Part shown: positions 53,004 through 64,000 of the stretch, piece by piece
Position numbering within the stretch: the stretch's first letter is position 1
Layout of the letters: every line of letters starts with the position of its first letter
Assembly (NCBI GenBank): GCA_963753975.1
Contig: CAVWEH010000001.1
Span: 192,001 to 256,000 of the forward strand
Direction of reading: 5' to 3'
Length of the DNA: 64,000 nt
Origin: an uncultured delta proteobacterium
GTDB lineage: Bacteria; Desulfobacterota; Syntrophia; Syntrophales; Smithellaceae
Notes under the pieces: model-generated
What the model saw: only the letters and a program-made list of their open reading frames with translations
Databases searched by the model: none
What the model was told of the DNA's origin: nothing
Translations under genes and position numbers: made by a program

Positions 53004-56000
53004 GTGCTAAAAGATAACGAAAAAGTTGGTGCAGTAATGGTAGTTGGCGCGGGAATCGCCGGCATTCAGGCGTCCCTCGATTTAGCCAATTCCGGAATGA
53101 AGGTATATCTCGTAGAAAACGGAATCAGTATCGGCGGCGTCATGGCGCAGCTCGATAAGACCTTCCCTACAAATGACTGTTCTGCCTGTATATTATCGCC
53201 AAAACTCGTCGAAGTAGGTCGTCATCCCAACGTAGAAATCAAGACACGCAGGACTGTGGAGTCAGTCGAAGGTGAACCGGGTAAATTTAAAGTTAAATTA
53301 ACCAGTGCTCCACGCTTTGTTAATCTGGATAAATGTACGGGCTGCGGCGATTGTGCCAATGTTTGTCCCGTTTCTGTAAAGGCTGAATTCAATGGTAATT
53401 TGAGCGAGAGAAAAGCAATTTACCGCCATTTTCCCCAGGCTATTCCCAGTGGTTTTGCGATCGATAAACTGGGTACTTCTCCCTGTAAGGCCAATTGTCC
53501 GACGCACATCAGTGTCCAGGGTTACGTCGCTTTGATCGGCCAGGGTAAATTTAAAGAAGCGCTCAAACTGATCAAACAGGATAATCCCTTCCCGATCGTT
53601 TGCGGCCGCGTCTGCAACCATCCCTGCGAGACGGCTTGTATGCGCGGGAAAGTGGATGATCCTATCGATATTATGCATTTGAAGCGCTTTGTCGCTGATC
53701 TTGATCTCGCGAGTGATACGCGCTATCTGCCGGAAAAGAAGGAAAGCAAAGGCAAGAAAGTTGCCGTTATCGGCGCTGGGCCTTCGGGACTTACCTGCGC
53801 TTATTATCTGGCCATCGAAGGCTACGCTGTGGAAGTTTTTGAAGCCCTGCCTGTGGCGGGCGGCTGGATGGCCGTTGGTATTCCCGAATACCGCCTCCCC
53901 AAGAATGTTTTAAATGCGGAAATCAAAGTCATTCAAGATCTGGGTGTCAAGATTCACCTCAATACAAAAATTGGGAAAGATATTTCTTTTGATCAGCTTC
54001 GGAAAGATTATGGCGCGATATTCATCGGCTGCGGTACGATGAAGAGCAGCAAGCTCAATATTCCCGGTGAAGATATGCAGGGCGTTGTTCATGGCGTTGA
54101 TTATCTGATGAAAATCAACCTCGGAGAGAAGGTATCTTTGGGTGACAGAGTAGCCGTCATCGGCGGTGGCAATGTGGCCATGGATGCTGTTCGTACAGCT
54201 GTTCGCACCGGTTCCAAGAATGTATTCATTCTCTATCGGAGGACCCGTGCGGAAATGCCCGCTTCACCTGAAGAGATTGAGGAGGCTATCGAAGAAGGAA
54301 TTGAAATGAAATTCCTCGTGGCCCCGAAGCGCGTCGTGGGCAAAGACGGAAAAGTCACCGGTATCGAATGCACCCGTATGGAATTGGGTGAACCGGATCA
54401 AAGCGGCCGTCGCCGTCCCATCGAAATCAAAGGTTCTGAGTTTATCGTCGAATGCGACGCTATCGTTCCGGCTATCGGTCAGGAAGCAGACCTCTCCTTT
54501 ATCACCAAGGAAAGCGGCGTTTTCATCAATAAATGGAATAACGTTGATTACGATAAAGTAACTTACGCGACAAACATCGCCGGTGTTTTCTCCGGGGGCG
54601 ACGTCGTTACCGGACCGCAAACAGTCGTTAAGGCTGTTTATTCCGGTAAAGAAGCGGCTAAGTCTATCAATCGCTATCTCATGGGCGAAGATGTCCAACT
54701 CGACCGCGAAAAAGATTGGACAAAAGACCTGGCCGATAAAGCTGACGTCTCGAATGTGCCCAAGAGCCCCCGCAAAAAATATCCGCTGATGAAACCAGCA
54801 GAACGCCGCACAAATTTTAAGGAAGTCGGCATCGGTTTTGATGAAACGCAGGCTGTGGCTGAAGCACTGCGTTGTTTGAATTGCGGCATTTGTTCCGAAT
54901 GTTATCAGTGCGTGGAAGCCTGTATTGCCAAAGCCGTTGACCATGATATGAAGGTTGAAGAAGAAACCATTGAAGTCGGCGCAGTCATTGCATCGCCTGG
55001 TTTTGAAATATTTGATGCTCGTATTCGCGGTGAATATGGTTATGGAATTTATAAGAATGTCGTCTCGGCGATTCAATTTGAAAGAATTCTGTCCGCATCC
55101 GGTCCTTTCTTCGGTCATGTACAGAGAATATCCGACGGTAAGGAACCGAAGAAGATTGCGTTCATTCAATGCGTCGGCTCACGCGACGTGTCCTGCGACA
55201 ACAGCTGGTGCTCGTCGGTTTGCTGTATGTACGCGACGAAGGAAGCGATCATCGGTAAGGAACATGCCAAGGGATTGGAACCGACAATTTTCTACATGGA
55301 CATTCGCGCTCACGGCAAGGACTTCGATCGTTTTGTCAATCGCGCCAAAGAAGAATACGGCATTCGCTATATCCGTTCGATGCCATCAGTGATTAAAGAA
55401 CTGCAGCAGACCAATAATCTGCTCATTAAATATGTTAATCAGGACGGAACATTTACCGACGAAGAATTCGACATGGTTGTTCTTTCCGTCGGTCTGATGC
55501 CGCCTAAAGAAGCCAAAAAGCTGGCTGGTAGTCTCGGAATCGAGTTGGAAGGGCATGGATTCTGTAAGACACAGTTGGAAAATCCGGTTCAGACATCGCG
55601 CCCCGGAGTTTTTGTCTGCGGCGCATTCGGCGGACCGAAAGATATTCCGGAAACAGTTATGGAAGCCAGTGCCGCCGCCGCCTGCGCGGAAGGACTGCTG
55701 GCCGCCAGACGCGGTACGATGATCACCGCAGAAGAAAATCCTGAAGAAAAAGATTTGCGCGGCACTGGAGTGCGCACCGGTGTGTTTGTCTGCCACTGCG
55801 GCATCAATATCGGCGGCGTTGTCGACGTGCCCGAAGTCCGCGACTATGCCGCGACATTGCCTACGGTCGTCTATTCGGCCGATAATCTCTTTACCTGTTC
55901 GCAGGATACGGCCGTGAAGATGGCCGAAGTCATCAAAGAAAAAAATCTGACCCGAGTTGTTGTTGCTTCCTGCTCGCCCCGTACCCATGAAGGTTTGTTC

Positions 56001-57432
56001 CAGGAAAACTGCGAGAAGGCCGGATTGAACAGATATTTGTTTGAGATGGCCAATATCCGTGACCAGAATTCCTGGGTGCATATGCATGAACCCGAAGCGG
56101 CAACTCAGAAAGCCAAAGACCTGTTGCGCATGGCGGTAGCCAAAGCCCAGTATTTAAAACCCTTAAAACCGGGCCAGCTTTCCGTCAATCATCAGGCGTT
56201 GATTATCGGCGGTGGTTTGGCCGGTATGACCGCGGCCCTATCTCTGGCTGATCAAGGGTTTGCCTCGCTGATTGTGGAAAAAGAAGAACGCCTGGGCGGT
56301 AATTACAATCACCTTTATAAAACACTGGAAGGTCTGGATACGCGCGCTCACCTGAAGAATCTTCTGGAAAAAGTTTACAAGAATCCTTTGATTCAGGTAG
56401 CTACCGGCGCGAAGATCGAGAAGATCGAAGGCTTTATCGGCAATTACAAAACAACGGTCAAAGTTAAGGAAGGCGAAAAAGTTTTCGAGCATGGTGTGGT
56501 AATTGTGGCCACCGGCGCCAACGAAAATAAGCCCAAAGAATATCTCTACGGCCAAAGCGCGAAGGTGAAGACGCAAAGAGAGCTGGAAACGCTGATTTAT
56601 GAAAAAGACCCTGAACTCGCGGCTGTGAAAAATATTGTGATGATCCAGTGTGTCGGTTCGCGCGATAAGGAGAGGCCTTATTGCAGCCGTTACTGCTGCT
56701 CCGAAGCGGTTAAAAACGCACTGGAACTCAAAGCTGCCGATCCCTCCCGCGACATCACGATTCTTTACCGTGACATCCGCACCTTTGCTTTTAAAGAGGA
56801 CTATTACAAAAAAGCGCGTGAGGCCAATATTAAATTCATATCCTTCGAAGAGGATCAGAAAGCCTCAAGTTGTTGCCGCAGGCGACAAGGTCGAAGTAAA
56901 AGTATTTGATCCGATTCTTAATGAAGCGGTTGTTTTGCCGGCGGATGTTGTGGCACTCAGTGTCGGTGTAGTGCCTAATCCCGGAAACGCCGCCATCGGT
57001 CAAATGCTGAAAGTACCCACCAATCAGGATGGGTTCTTCCTCGAGGCGCACGTGAAATTACGTCCGGTGGATTTTCAGACGGACGGTGTGTTTATGTGCG
57101 GGATGGCGCATTCACCAAAATTCAGCGACGAATCGATAACTCAGGCAAACGCCGCCGTGTCGCGTGCCTGCACGATCCTCACCCTCGATTTCATTGAGGC
57201 GGAAGGCAAGACTGCTTATGTTAATAAGGATAGATGTTCGGCTTGCGGTCTTTGCGAAATCAACTGTCCATACAGCGCGATCCAGGTGGATCTTAAAGAA
57301 GGCTGCGCTGTCGTCAATACTGTTTTGTGCAAAGGCTGCGGAGTCTGTACGGCATCCTGCCGCATGAACGCGGTTGATTTAAACGGATTTAACAATGAAG
57401 AAGTGCTGGCGCAAATCGATAACTTAAATTAG
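53004..57432 (+). CDS. hdrA: Large HdrA-type (HdrL) flavoprotein with inserted GltD-like NAD(P)H module; about 1475 aa once a 1-nt insertion at about 56860 is removed
   Basis: GAGIAG...LDKTFPTNDC, FPIVCGRVCNHPCE, GIPEYRLP, GGGNVAMD, CSSVCC, SCSPRTH; the second frame continues FFLEAHVKLRPVD and two CxxCxxCxxxC motifs. Confidence 0.93.
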
Positions 57433-57477
57433 AGCAAAAAAGCGGCAGGATGTGAAAAGCCGAAAGATGGAGAATAT

Positions 57478-57918
57478 ATGGCTGAGAATTTGGCAAGTAA
57501 AGGGTGGGAACCGAAAATTGTTGCCATCGTCTGTAACTGGTGTACTTATGCCGGAGCCGATCTGGCGGGGATCAGCAGAATTCAGTATCCACCGAATGTA
57601 AGAATTATCCGCGTTCCCTGCACCGGAAGAATCAATCCTTTCTATATTGTGAAGGCCCTGCAGACCGGCGCCGACGGAGTTTTGGTTTCCGGCTGTCATC
57701 CCGGCGAGTGCCATTATATATCGGGAAATTTAGTTGCGCGCCGGAAGTTTGCCGCCCTGAAGAGTTTTTTGTCGTATATCGGCATGGAAGGTGACAGAAC
57801 CATGTTCACCTGGGTTTCCGCATCCGAAGGCGACCGCTTCGCGCAGGTCATTAAAGGTGTAACCGCCAAGGTGAAGGCTTTAGGACCGGCCACTAAGCTA
57901 AAAAAGAAACTTGGTTAA
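57478..57918 (+). CDS. flxD: MvhD/FlxD-like [2Fe-2S] subunit
   Basis: CNWCTYAGADLAG, VPCTGR, GCHPGECHY. Confidence 0.9.
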   Translation: MAENLASKGWEPKIVAIVCNWCTYAGADLAGISRIQYPPNVRIIRVPCTGRINPFYIVKALQTGADGVLVSGCHPGECHYISGNLVARRKFAALKSFLSYIGMEGDRTMFTWVSASEGDRFAQVIKGVTAKVKALGPATKLKKKLG

Positions 57919-57960
57919 ATTGGGAATAAAAGAATTAAACTAAACGGGGAAACAATTACT

Positions 57961-58968
57961 GTGGAAAACATCGAAACAAAATTGCGGGAAGAAGCAAAAA
58001 GGCTGCTCTTGGAAAAAAAGGCCGATGTCATTGTCGGCTATGAAAAGGGCACGCTTCCACTCACGGCAACGCCTTGTTTTATCACGACGCCGGAAGAAGC
58101 TGATAAGCTGGTATGGAATGACCTCTGCACGCAGAATCTGGCTAAATTTGTGCATGATCTGATTACGGCGCATAAAAATTCACAAAAGAGAGTTAAGCCG
58201 GAAGACCGCAAGAAAAAAGTGGTGGGTGTCGTCGCCCGCGGTTGCACAACTCGTTCGCTCATTATCCATCTTCAGGAAAGGCAGTACGGACGTGATGAAG
58301 TTTATATCATCGGCGTGCCCTGTACCGGCTATATGGATGCGAAGAAATTGAAGACCGCGATCAACGGGGCGGATGTCATAGAAGGATCAATTGCCGGCGG
58401 GAAGATCTCGATTAAGACGGAGGGAGGCGATAAGTCGGTTGCCTTAAAAGATGTTTTGGCCGAAAGCTGCCGTACCTGTCGCTTTAACAACCCGATTATT
58501 TCCGATGTCATGGTTGGTGAACCTGCAGCCGCTATGAATCCTGATGCGGAATATAACGATGTCAATGAATTTGAAAAGAAATCGACGGAAGAACGGTGGG
58601 CATATTTTATCAAGGAAATGGAAAAGTGTATCCGCTGTAATGCCTGTCGCCAGGCCTGTCCTTCCTGCTACTGCCCGACTTGCTTTGTGGAACAGAGTCA
58701 ACCCCAGTGGGTAGGTATCGGTGAAGACAAGACTGATACGCAGGTATTTCAGCTCATGCGTCTCTACCATATGGTCGGACGTTGTGTTGATTGCGGTTCC
58801 TGTGTAGCCGTTTGTCCGATGGGCGTTGATCTGCGCAAGTTCTTGAAGAAGATCGACAAGGACTGCTTTGAGCTTTTCGGCAACCGGGCCGGTTCTTCGA
58901 TGGAGGATACGCCGCCGCTCGGCAAATACAGCGAAAATGATAAAGAAGAATTTATCTTCAACCCATAA
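57961..58968 (+). CDS. flxC: FlxC-like 4Fe-4S protein
   Basis: CIRCNACRQACPSCYCPTC, GRCVDCGSCVAVCP; position after the mvhD-like gene. Confidence 0.8.
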   Translation: MENIETKLREEAKRLLLEKKADVIVGYEKGTLPLTATPCFITTPEEADKLVWNDLCTQNLAKFVHDLITAHKNSQKRVKPEDRKKKVVGVVARGCTTRSLIIHLQERQYGRDEVYIIGVPCTGYMDAKKLKTAINGADVIEGSIAGGKISIKTEGGDKSVALKDVLAESCRTCRFNNPIISDVMVGEPAAAMNPDAEYNDVNEFEKKSTEERWAYFIKEMEKCIRCNACRQACPSCYCPTCFVEQSQPQWVGIGEDKTDTQVFQLMRLYHMVGRCVDCGSCVAVCPMGVDLRKFLKKIDKDCFELFGNRAGSSMEDTPPLGKYSENDKEEFIFNP

Positions 58969-58992
58969 TTAGTTAGAGATGATGGAGTAATC

Positions 58993-59522
58993 ATGGAAAC
59001 TTTTCTGGAAGAAGTAAACAGGAAGATCAACGGTGTGCCGCTGCAGCGATGTTATCACTGCCGTAAATGTACGGCTGGCTGCCCCGTGGCGTCGCATATG
59101 GAATATAACCTCAATAAGGTTGTCAGAATGATCCAGAACGGCAAGCGTGATGAGGTACTGAACAGTTCCACAATCTGGATTTGCCTGTCCTGCGAAACTT
59201 GCATTACGCGCTGCCCCAACGAGATCGATATTGCCCGCATGATGGATGTGTTGAGAGAGATGGCCCTTGAAGAAGGCATCGGTGCCCGCGAAAAGAATGT
59301 GTTGAAATTCCATGATGCATTCCTCGCCAATATTAAAATGGGCGGCAGAATCAACGAGCCGCTCATGATGGTTCAATATAAGCTCAAATCCGGGGATTTA
59401 TTCTCCGATGCGTTAATGGGCGTGAGAAATGTTTAGGAAAGGCAAGTTGTCGCTTCTGTCGCCGCGAACGAAGGATATCAAAATCGGTAAAAGATATTTT
59501 TGAGAAAACAAAGCATTCGTAA
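58993..59522 (+). CDS. hdrC: Heterodisulfide reductase subunit C; 3' end broken by two probable 1-nt insertions (about 59425 and 59480)
   Basis: CYHCRKCTAGCP, WICLSCETCITRCP; corrected end GVEMFRKGKLSLLSPRTKDIKSVKDIFEKTKHS*. Confidence 0.88.
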
Positions 59523-59540
59523 AGAAGGCTGAGGAGGTTG

Positions 59541-60392
59541 GTGTTGAAAGTTTCATATTATCCCGGATGTTCGCTGCACGCGACGGGAAAAGAATACGAT
59601 CAGTCAATGAAATCGGTAAGCCACGCTCTGGGAATCGAACTGAAAGAAATCGATGATTGGTCCTGCTGCGGAGCTTCGTCCGCACACAGCACAAATTTTG
59701 ATTTAGCGATTGCGCTCTCGGCGCGCAACCTGATTGCGGCGGAAAAAGAAGCTCTGGATGTAATGGTCCCCTGTGCCGCCTGTTTCAATCGCTTCAAAAT
59801 GGCCGAGCATCATTTAAAAGCCGATAAGAAATTAAAAACAAAGATTGAAGACGTGGTCGGCGCCAGATATCAGGGCGGTATTGCGATTCGTAATCCCATC
59901 GATATCATTTTTAACGAGATCGGCATTGACACGCTCACGACGAAGGTCATGAAGCCCTTGACGGGGTTGAAGCCGGTTTCGTATTACGGCTGTTTGCTTT
60001 TGAGGCCGCCGGATGTCTGCGAGTTTGAAAATTATGAAAATCCTTTTATGCTGGATAAGATCCTGGGCTCAATCGGTGCTGATGTCCAGATGTGGTCTTA
60101 CAAGACAGATTGCTGCGGCGGTTCGCTGGCCATCAGCAAGACCAGTATCGTTGTCGGCATGTGCGATAAGTTGATGGGTGCGGCAAGGGAAGCGGGTGCC
60201 AATTGCGTGGTTACAGCCTGCCCTCTTTGTATGAATAATCTGGATATGAGGCCCAGCAGAAAATTAAAACTGCCGGTGTTTTATTTTACGGAATTAATCG
60301 CTCTGGCCATGGGCTTGGAAGGATCAAGGGAAACATTTAAATCGCACATGGTTGATCCGCAGCCGCTTTTGAAACAATTGCAGCTGATTTAA
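59541..60392 (+). CDS. hdrB: Heterodisulfide reductase subunit B
   Basis: YYPGCSL, two CCG motifs, YYGCLLLRP, ACPLC. Confidence 0.94.
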   Translation: MLKVSYYPGCSLHATGKEYDQSMKSVSHALGIELKEIDDWSCCGASSAHSTNFDLAIALSARNLIAAEKEALDVMVPCAACFNRFKMAEHHLKADKKLKTKIEDVVGARYQGGIAIRNPIDIIFNEIGIDTLTTKVMKPLTGLKPVSYYGCLLLRPPDVCEFENYENPFMLDKILGSIGADVQMWSYKTDCCGGSLAISKTSIVVGMCDKLMGAAREAGANCVVTACPLCMNNLDMRPSRKLKLPVFYFTELIALAMGLEGSRETFKSHMVDPQPLLKQLQLI

Positions 60393-60444
60393 AAAGATTT
60401 ATAAGTTCCGAGGAGCTGAAGAAAATTCTTAATTAGGAAAAAAT

Positions 60445-61467
60445 ATGGAAAAGCGTTTAATAAAAAAAGATGCGCTAGAGAGCATTGCCAAGAAAATGGC
60501 CGGCGACTTCCTGGTTTGGGCGCCGGTAAAAAAAGAAGATAATATTCTTTTTGAGCCGCTGCAGAGAGGCACCGAACCTTTTTTTGCTTATCTGAATTCC
60601 AAGAATGCGCCGAAAAATGTATTTTTCCCGCATACGGAAACTATGATGAAATACACACGCACGCAAAAAGGCATGGCTTTTTCAGCCGAAGAAAACAAGG
60701 CGGATGAGTCGGTATTATTCGGCGTGCGTCCCTGTGATGCCCATAGTTTTGCCCTCTTGGATAAACTTTTCGATCAGGAAAAATACAGGGACGGCTACTA
60801 TATTGCCAAAAGACAGAAAACTACCGTTATTTCTTTAGCTTGCGTTAAACCTCCCTATGCGAGTTGTTTTTGCACATCGGTTGACGGTGAGCCTGTTTCC
60901 TCGGAAGGCGCGGACATTCTCCTGACCGATATCGGGTCCGATTATCTGGTTGAGTTCATTACTCCCAAGGGAGAGAAACTAGCCAGGTATTTCGGTGAAA
61001 CGAAAGCGGATGCTGCTGCCGAGACAAAGAAGAACGAAATTGCGGCGAAAGCCAAAGCAGCCATCACCTCGAAAATTCCCGCTCATGAAATTAAACCGAT
61101 CCTGGATAAAAATTTCGATAATCCCTTCTGGAACACGATTCACTCTAAATGTTTGGCTTGCGGCACCTGCACTTATCTTTGTCCGACGTGCCATTGTTTC
61201 GATATCAGTGACGAAGTGAAAGGCAGCGATGGTGTGCGTATCCGTTCCTGGGATTCCTGCATGTTCCCCTTATTTACAAGGGAAACATCCGGTCACAATC
61301 CACGCCCCTCACAGAAGGAAAGATGGCGTCAGCGCGCCATGCATAAGTTCAAGTACTATGTGGATAATTTTAACGCAATTGCCTGTGTGGGTTGCGGCCG
61401 CTGCGTCATGTATTGTCCCGTGAACATTGATATTCGGAAGATTGTAGAAGATATTTCAAAATTATAA
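60445..61467 (+). CDS. flxB: FlxB/AsrA-like 4Fe-4S protein
   Basis: GVRPCD, CFCTS, CLACGTCTYLCPTCHCF, CVGCGRCVMYCP. Confidence 0.85.
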   Translation: MEKRLIKKDALESIAKKMAGDFLVWAPVKKEDNILFEPLQRGTEPFFAYLNSKNAPKNVFFPHTETMMKYTRTQKGMAFSAEENKADESVLFGVRPCDAHSFALLDKLFDQEKYRDGYYIAKRQKTTVISLACVKPPYASCFCTSVDGEPVSSEGADILLTDIGSDYLVEFITPKGEKLARYFGETKADAAAETKKNEIAAKAKAAITSKIPAHEIKPILDKNFDNPFWNTIHSKCLACGTCTYLCPTCHCFDISDEVKGSDGVRIRSWDSCMFPLFTRETSGHNPRPSQKERWRQRAMHKFKYYVDNFNAIACVGCGRCVMYCPVNIDIRKIVEDISKL

Positions 61468-61481
61468 TTAGGGAGCTAGTA

Positions 61482-62321
61482 ATGCAAAACCCGTACATAC
61501 CTTATCCCGTTGTCGTGGATAAAATCATAACCGAGGTTGATACGAAGGACATCAAGACTTTTCGCTTTAAATTCGTGAATCCGGAGGATGAAGAAAAATA
61601 TAAATACATCCCCGGCCAGTTTGGGGAGCTTTCCATTTACGGTAAAGGCGAATCGCCCATCGGTATCGCTTCTTCTCCGACGCAAAAGGGCTATGTCGAA
61701 TTCACGGTTCAAAAGGCCGGCGTCGTGACATCGGCTCTTCATGAAATGGAAGAAGGCGCGGTCATGGGTATCCGCGGACCGTTGGGGAATTCCTGGCCGC
61801 TGGGATTTCTGGAGGGGAAAAATATTGTCATTGTCGGTGGCGGTTTTGCTTTCACCACACTGCGTTCGCTGATTAATTATATGATTCACGAGGGTAATCG
61901 CCAGCGCTTCGGCAAGATCACGATTATTTATGGAGCAAGGACACCGGGGCTTCTGCTGTATAAAGATGAATTGGAGCAATGGGGCAAAAGAACCGATTTG
62001 AATCTGAATGTAACTGTTGATAAGGGTGATGCCACTTGGAAGGGCAGGGAAGGTTTTGTTCCTGCAGTATGTAAGGAAGTCGCTCCCAGCAAGGAAAACG
62101 CTGTAGCAGTAATTTGCGGCCCACCCGTGATGATCCGTTTTACCTTGCCGGTATTTTTTGAACTTGGTTTCTCCAAGGAAAATATCATCACCTCTCTGGA
62201 AATGAGGATGAAGTGCGGCATCGGCAAGTGCGGCCGCTGTAATGTCGGCAGCAAATATGTCTGCAAAGATGGTCCGGTCTTTTCGCTCGCGGAGCTGGAT
62301 AAGCTGACCAAAGAGTATTGA
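61482..62321 (+). CDS. flxA: FlxA/AsrB-like FAD/NAD-binding [2Fe-2S] subunit
   Basis: PGQF, RGPLGN, ICGPPVM, MKCGIGKCGRC...CKDGPVF. Confidence 0.88.
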   Translation: MQNPYIPYPVVVDKIITEVDTKDIKTFRFKFVNPEDEEKYKYIPGQFGELSIYGKGESPIGIASSPTQKGYVEFTVQKAGVVTSALHEMEEGAVMGIRGPLGNSWPLGFLEGKNIVIVGGGFAFTTLRSLINYMIHEGNRQRFGKITIIYGARTPGLLLYKDELEQWGKRTDLNLNVTVDKGDATWKGREGFVPAVCKEVAPSKENAVAVICGPPVMIRFTLPVFFELGFSKENIITSLEMRMKCGIGKCGRCNVGSKYVCKDGPVFSLAELDKLTKEY

Positions 62322-62452
62322 TAGTCATTAATAGTCATCAATTTTCATTAATTTTTATTAATAGTTCGGCTAGGGACTTGATGAATTGGGAATTTGCGTA
62401 TATAGAGGGAGCCATTGGACTCCCTTTTTTTGTATAATTACGGAGAGAAACT

Positions 62453-63289
62453 TTGAATAACATCATCGAAAAAGAGAATTTATCCGAAAATGTGGTTCGG
62501 ATGATGCTCACAGCACCGGTCATTGCGCAGAAGAGAAAGGCCGGCCAGTTTATCATTTTGAAAATTGATGAAAAAGGGGAACGGATACCCTTGACCATTG
62601 TCGATTCCGATGCCAAGGCCGGAACCGTCACGATCATTTTTCAGGTTGTCGGTAAGACGACAGCGACACTCGCAAAAATGAAAGTGGGCGATACGATTCA
62701 GGACGTGCAGGGGCCGCTGGGAAATCCCACGGAAATCGAGAATTACGGTCGCGTGATCTGCATTGGCGGCGGCGTCGGTGTCGGCGTTGTTTATCCGTTG
62801 GCTGCCGCCCTGAAGAAAGCGGGCAACGAAGTAATTTCCATTATCGGTTCGCGGACAAAGGATCTGCTCATTTTGGAAAAAGAAATGGGCGCAATATCGG
62901 ATAAATTAATTGTAGCGACGGATGACGGCAGTTATGGTTTCCACGGATTTGTAAGTCAGGTGTTGCAGGAAATGATCGATAAAGGCGAGAAGATCGACCG
63001 CGTTTTTGCCATCGGTCCGGTGCCGATGATGAAGGTAGTAAGCGATGTTACCCGGCCGCGGGGCATCAAGACAATCGTCAGCCTGAATTCCATTATGCTC
63101 GATGCGACGGGGATGTGTGGTGCCTGCCGCGTCGTTGTCGGGGGGAAAACGAAATTTACCTGTGTGGACGGCCCGGAATTCGACGGCCATGAAGTTGATT
63201 TTAAGTTGCTTGCCGACCGGTTGAAAATGTATTGCGATCAAGAGCGACAGGCTTACGATCTGCATAAGTGTGGGTGTGATGGAAACTAG
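62453..63289 (+). CDS. nfnA: NfnA/SudB small subunit of electron-bifurcating transhydrogenase
   Basis: GERIPLTI, GPLGNP, AIGPVPMM, MLDATGMCGACRV...CVDGPEFDGH. Confidence 0.92.
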   Translation: MNNIIEKENLSENVVRMMLTAPVIAQKRKAGQFIILKIDEKGERIPLTIVDSDAKAGTVTIIFQVVGKTTATLAKMKVGDTIQDVQGPLGNPTEIENYGRVICIGGGVGVGVVYPLAAALKKAGNEVISIIGSRTKDLLILEKEMGAISDKLIVATDDGSYGFHGFVSQVLQEMIDKGEKIDRVFAIGPVPMMKVVSDVTRPRGIKTIVSLNSIMLDATGMCGACRVVVGGKTKFTCVDGPEFDGHEVDFKLLADRLKMYCDQERQAYDLHKCGCDGN

Positions 63290-64000
63290 CGAGCCGAAAG
63301 ACAAAAAAGAAAGAGTACCGCGGCAAAAGATGCCGGAGCAGGATCCGCAAAAGAGGGTCGGCAATTTCGAAGAAGTTCCTCTGGGCTATTCCGAGGAACA
63401 AGCGATAGCCGAGGCCAAACGCTGCATCCAATGCAAAAAGCCCGGTTGCATCGGCGGTTGTCCTGTTGATGTTAAAATTCCTGAATTTGTCAAAGATATC
63501 GCCGAAGGGAAATTCATCGAAGCCGCCCAAAAGTTAAAAGAAACGAATAGTCTTCCGGCGGTTTGCGGCCGGGTCTGCCCGCAGGAAGATCAATGTGAAA
63601 AGCAATGTATTCTGGGTAGAAAGGGCGAGCCTGTAGCCATCGGCCGTCTGGAGCGCTTTGCCGCGGACTATGAGCGAAATGCCGGAAAAGTAACAATTCC
63701 TCCCTCAACTAAAGCCACCGGCAAAAAAATTGCTGTCATCGGTGCCGGCCCGGCGGGCCTCACTATTGCGGGCGATCTGGTCAAATTGGGTTATGATGTG
63801 ACAATATTTGAGGCCTTGCATAAAGCCGGAGGAGTGCTTGTCTACGGTATTCCCGAATTCCGTTTGCCCAAAGCCATTGTGGAAGCGGAAGTGGAATATT
63901 TGAAGAAGCTGGGTGTAAAGATCGAAACCAACGTTGTCATCGGCCGCACTAAAACCATCGATGAGCTTTTTGCTGCAGGTTATGACGCGATATTTATCGG
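63279..64000 (+). CDS. nfnB: NfnB/SudA large subunit (partial, runs off window end)
   Basis: Manual translation: RQKMPEQDPQKRVGNFEEV...EAKRCIQCKKPGCIGGCPV...LPAVCGRVCPQEDQCE...GAGPAG...YGIPEFRLPK. Confidence 0.93.
   Translation, partial: METSEPKDKKERVPRQKMPEQDPQKRVGNFEEVPLGYSEEQAIAEAKRCIQCKKPGCIGGCPVDVKIPEFVKDIAEGKFIEAAQKLKETNSLPAVCGRVCPQEDQCEKQCILGRKGEPVAIGRLERFAADYERNAGKVTIPPSTKATGKKIAVIGAGPAGLTIAGDLVKLGYDVTIFEALHKAGGVLVYGIPEFRLPKAIVEAEVEYLKKLGVKIETNVVIGRTKTIDELFAAGYDAIFI

Noticed and set aside
54264..56087. Long minus-strand ORFs (301 and 233 aa)
   Set aside because: Antisense shadows of hdrA.
56840..56909. Programmed frameshift or selenocysteine recoding in hdrA
   Set aside because: The break is a frame change rather than an in-frame TGA, has no slippery heptamer with a stimulator, and matches the extra-A pattern seen in other genes.

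Overview
A 64-kb chromosomal window from an anaerobic deltaproteobacterium. The gene content (Hdr-Flx-Nfn cluster, acyl-CoA dehydrogenase, porin type, Ile2 tRNA after rpoD) points to a Syntrophales/Smithella-like syntroph; this taxonomy is inferred, not searched. Most of the window is housekeeping: ilvE, yifB/comM, moaC, pyrG, serC-purA-serA, radA, groESL, ileS-lspA, hisI-G-B-A, hinT-yqeY-dnaG-rpoD, rnhA, rnpB, engB, two tRNAs, and a large hdrA(L)-flxD-flxC-hdrC-hdrB-flxB-flxA-nfnAB redox cluster. No CRISPR array, prophage or intact transposase is visible. Most unusual observations: (1) the rpoD in the dnaG-rpoD-tRNA locus has intact regions 1.1-4.1, but its region 4.2 (-35 recognition helix) has degenerated in frame to an acidic sequence; (2) a 1242-aa GlmS whose catalytic Cys lies behind a 47-aa leader, paired with an acetyltransferase-only GlmU; (3) an orphan ATP synthase c-subunit behind a near-consensus sigma54 promoter, co-oriented with an output-less Cache protein and near an AtpZ/I-like gene and an NtrB/NtrC-type pair; (4) a family of modular palindromic intergenic repeats (5 copies) plus a separate MITE-like hairpin; (5) an eroded serA ACT-domain fragment upstream of purA, with a GC-rich replacement serA downstream. 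Six single-base insertions break five conserved genes and look like long-read assembly errors rather than pseudogenes.
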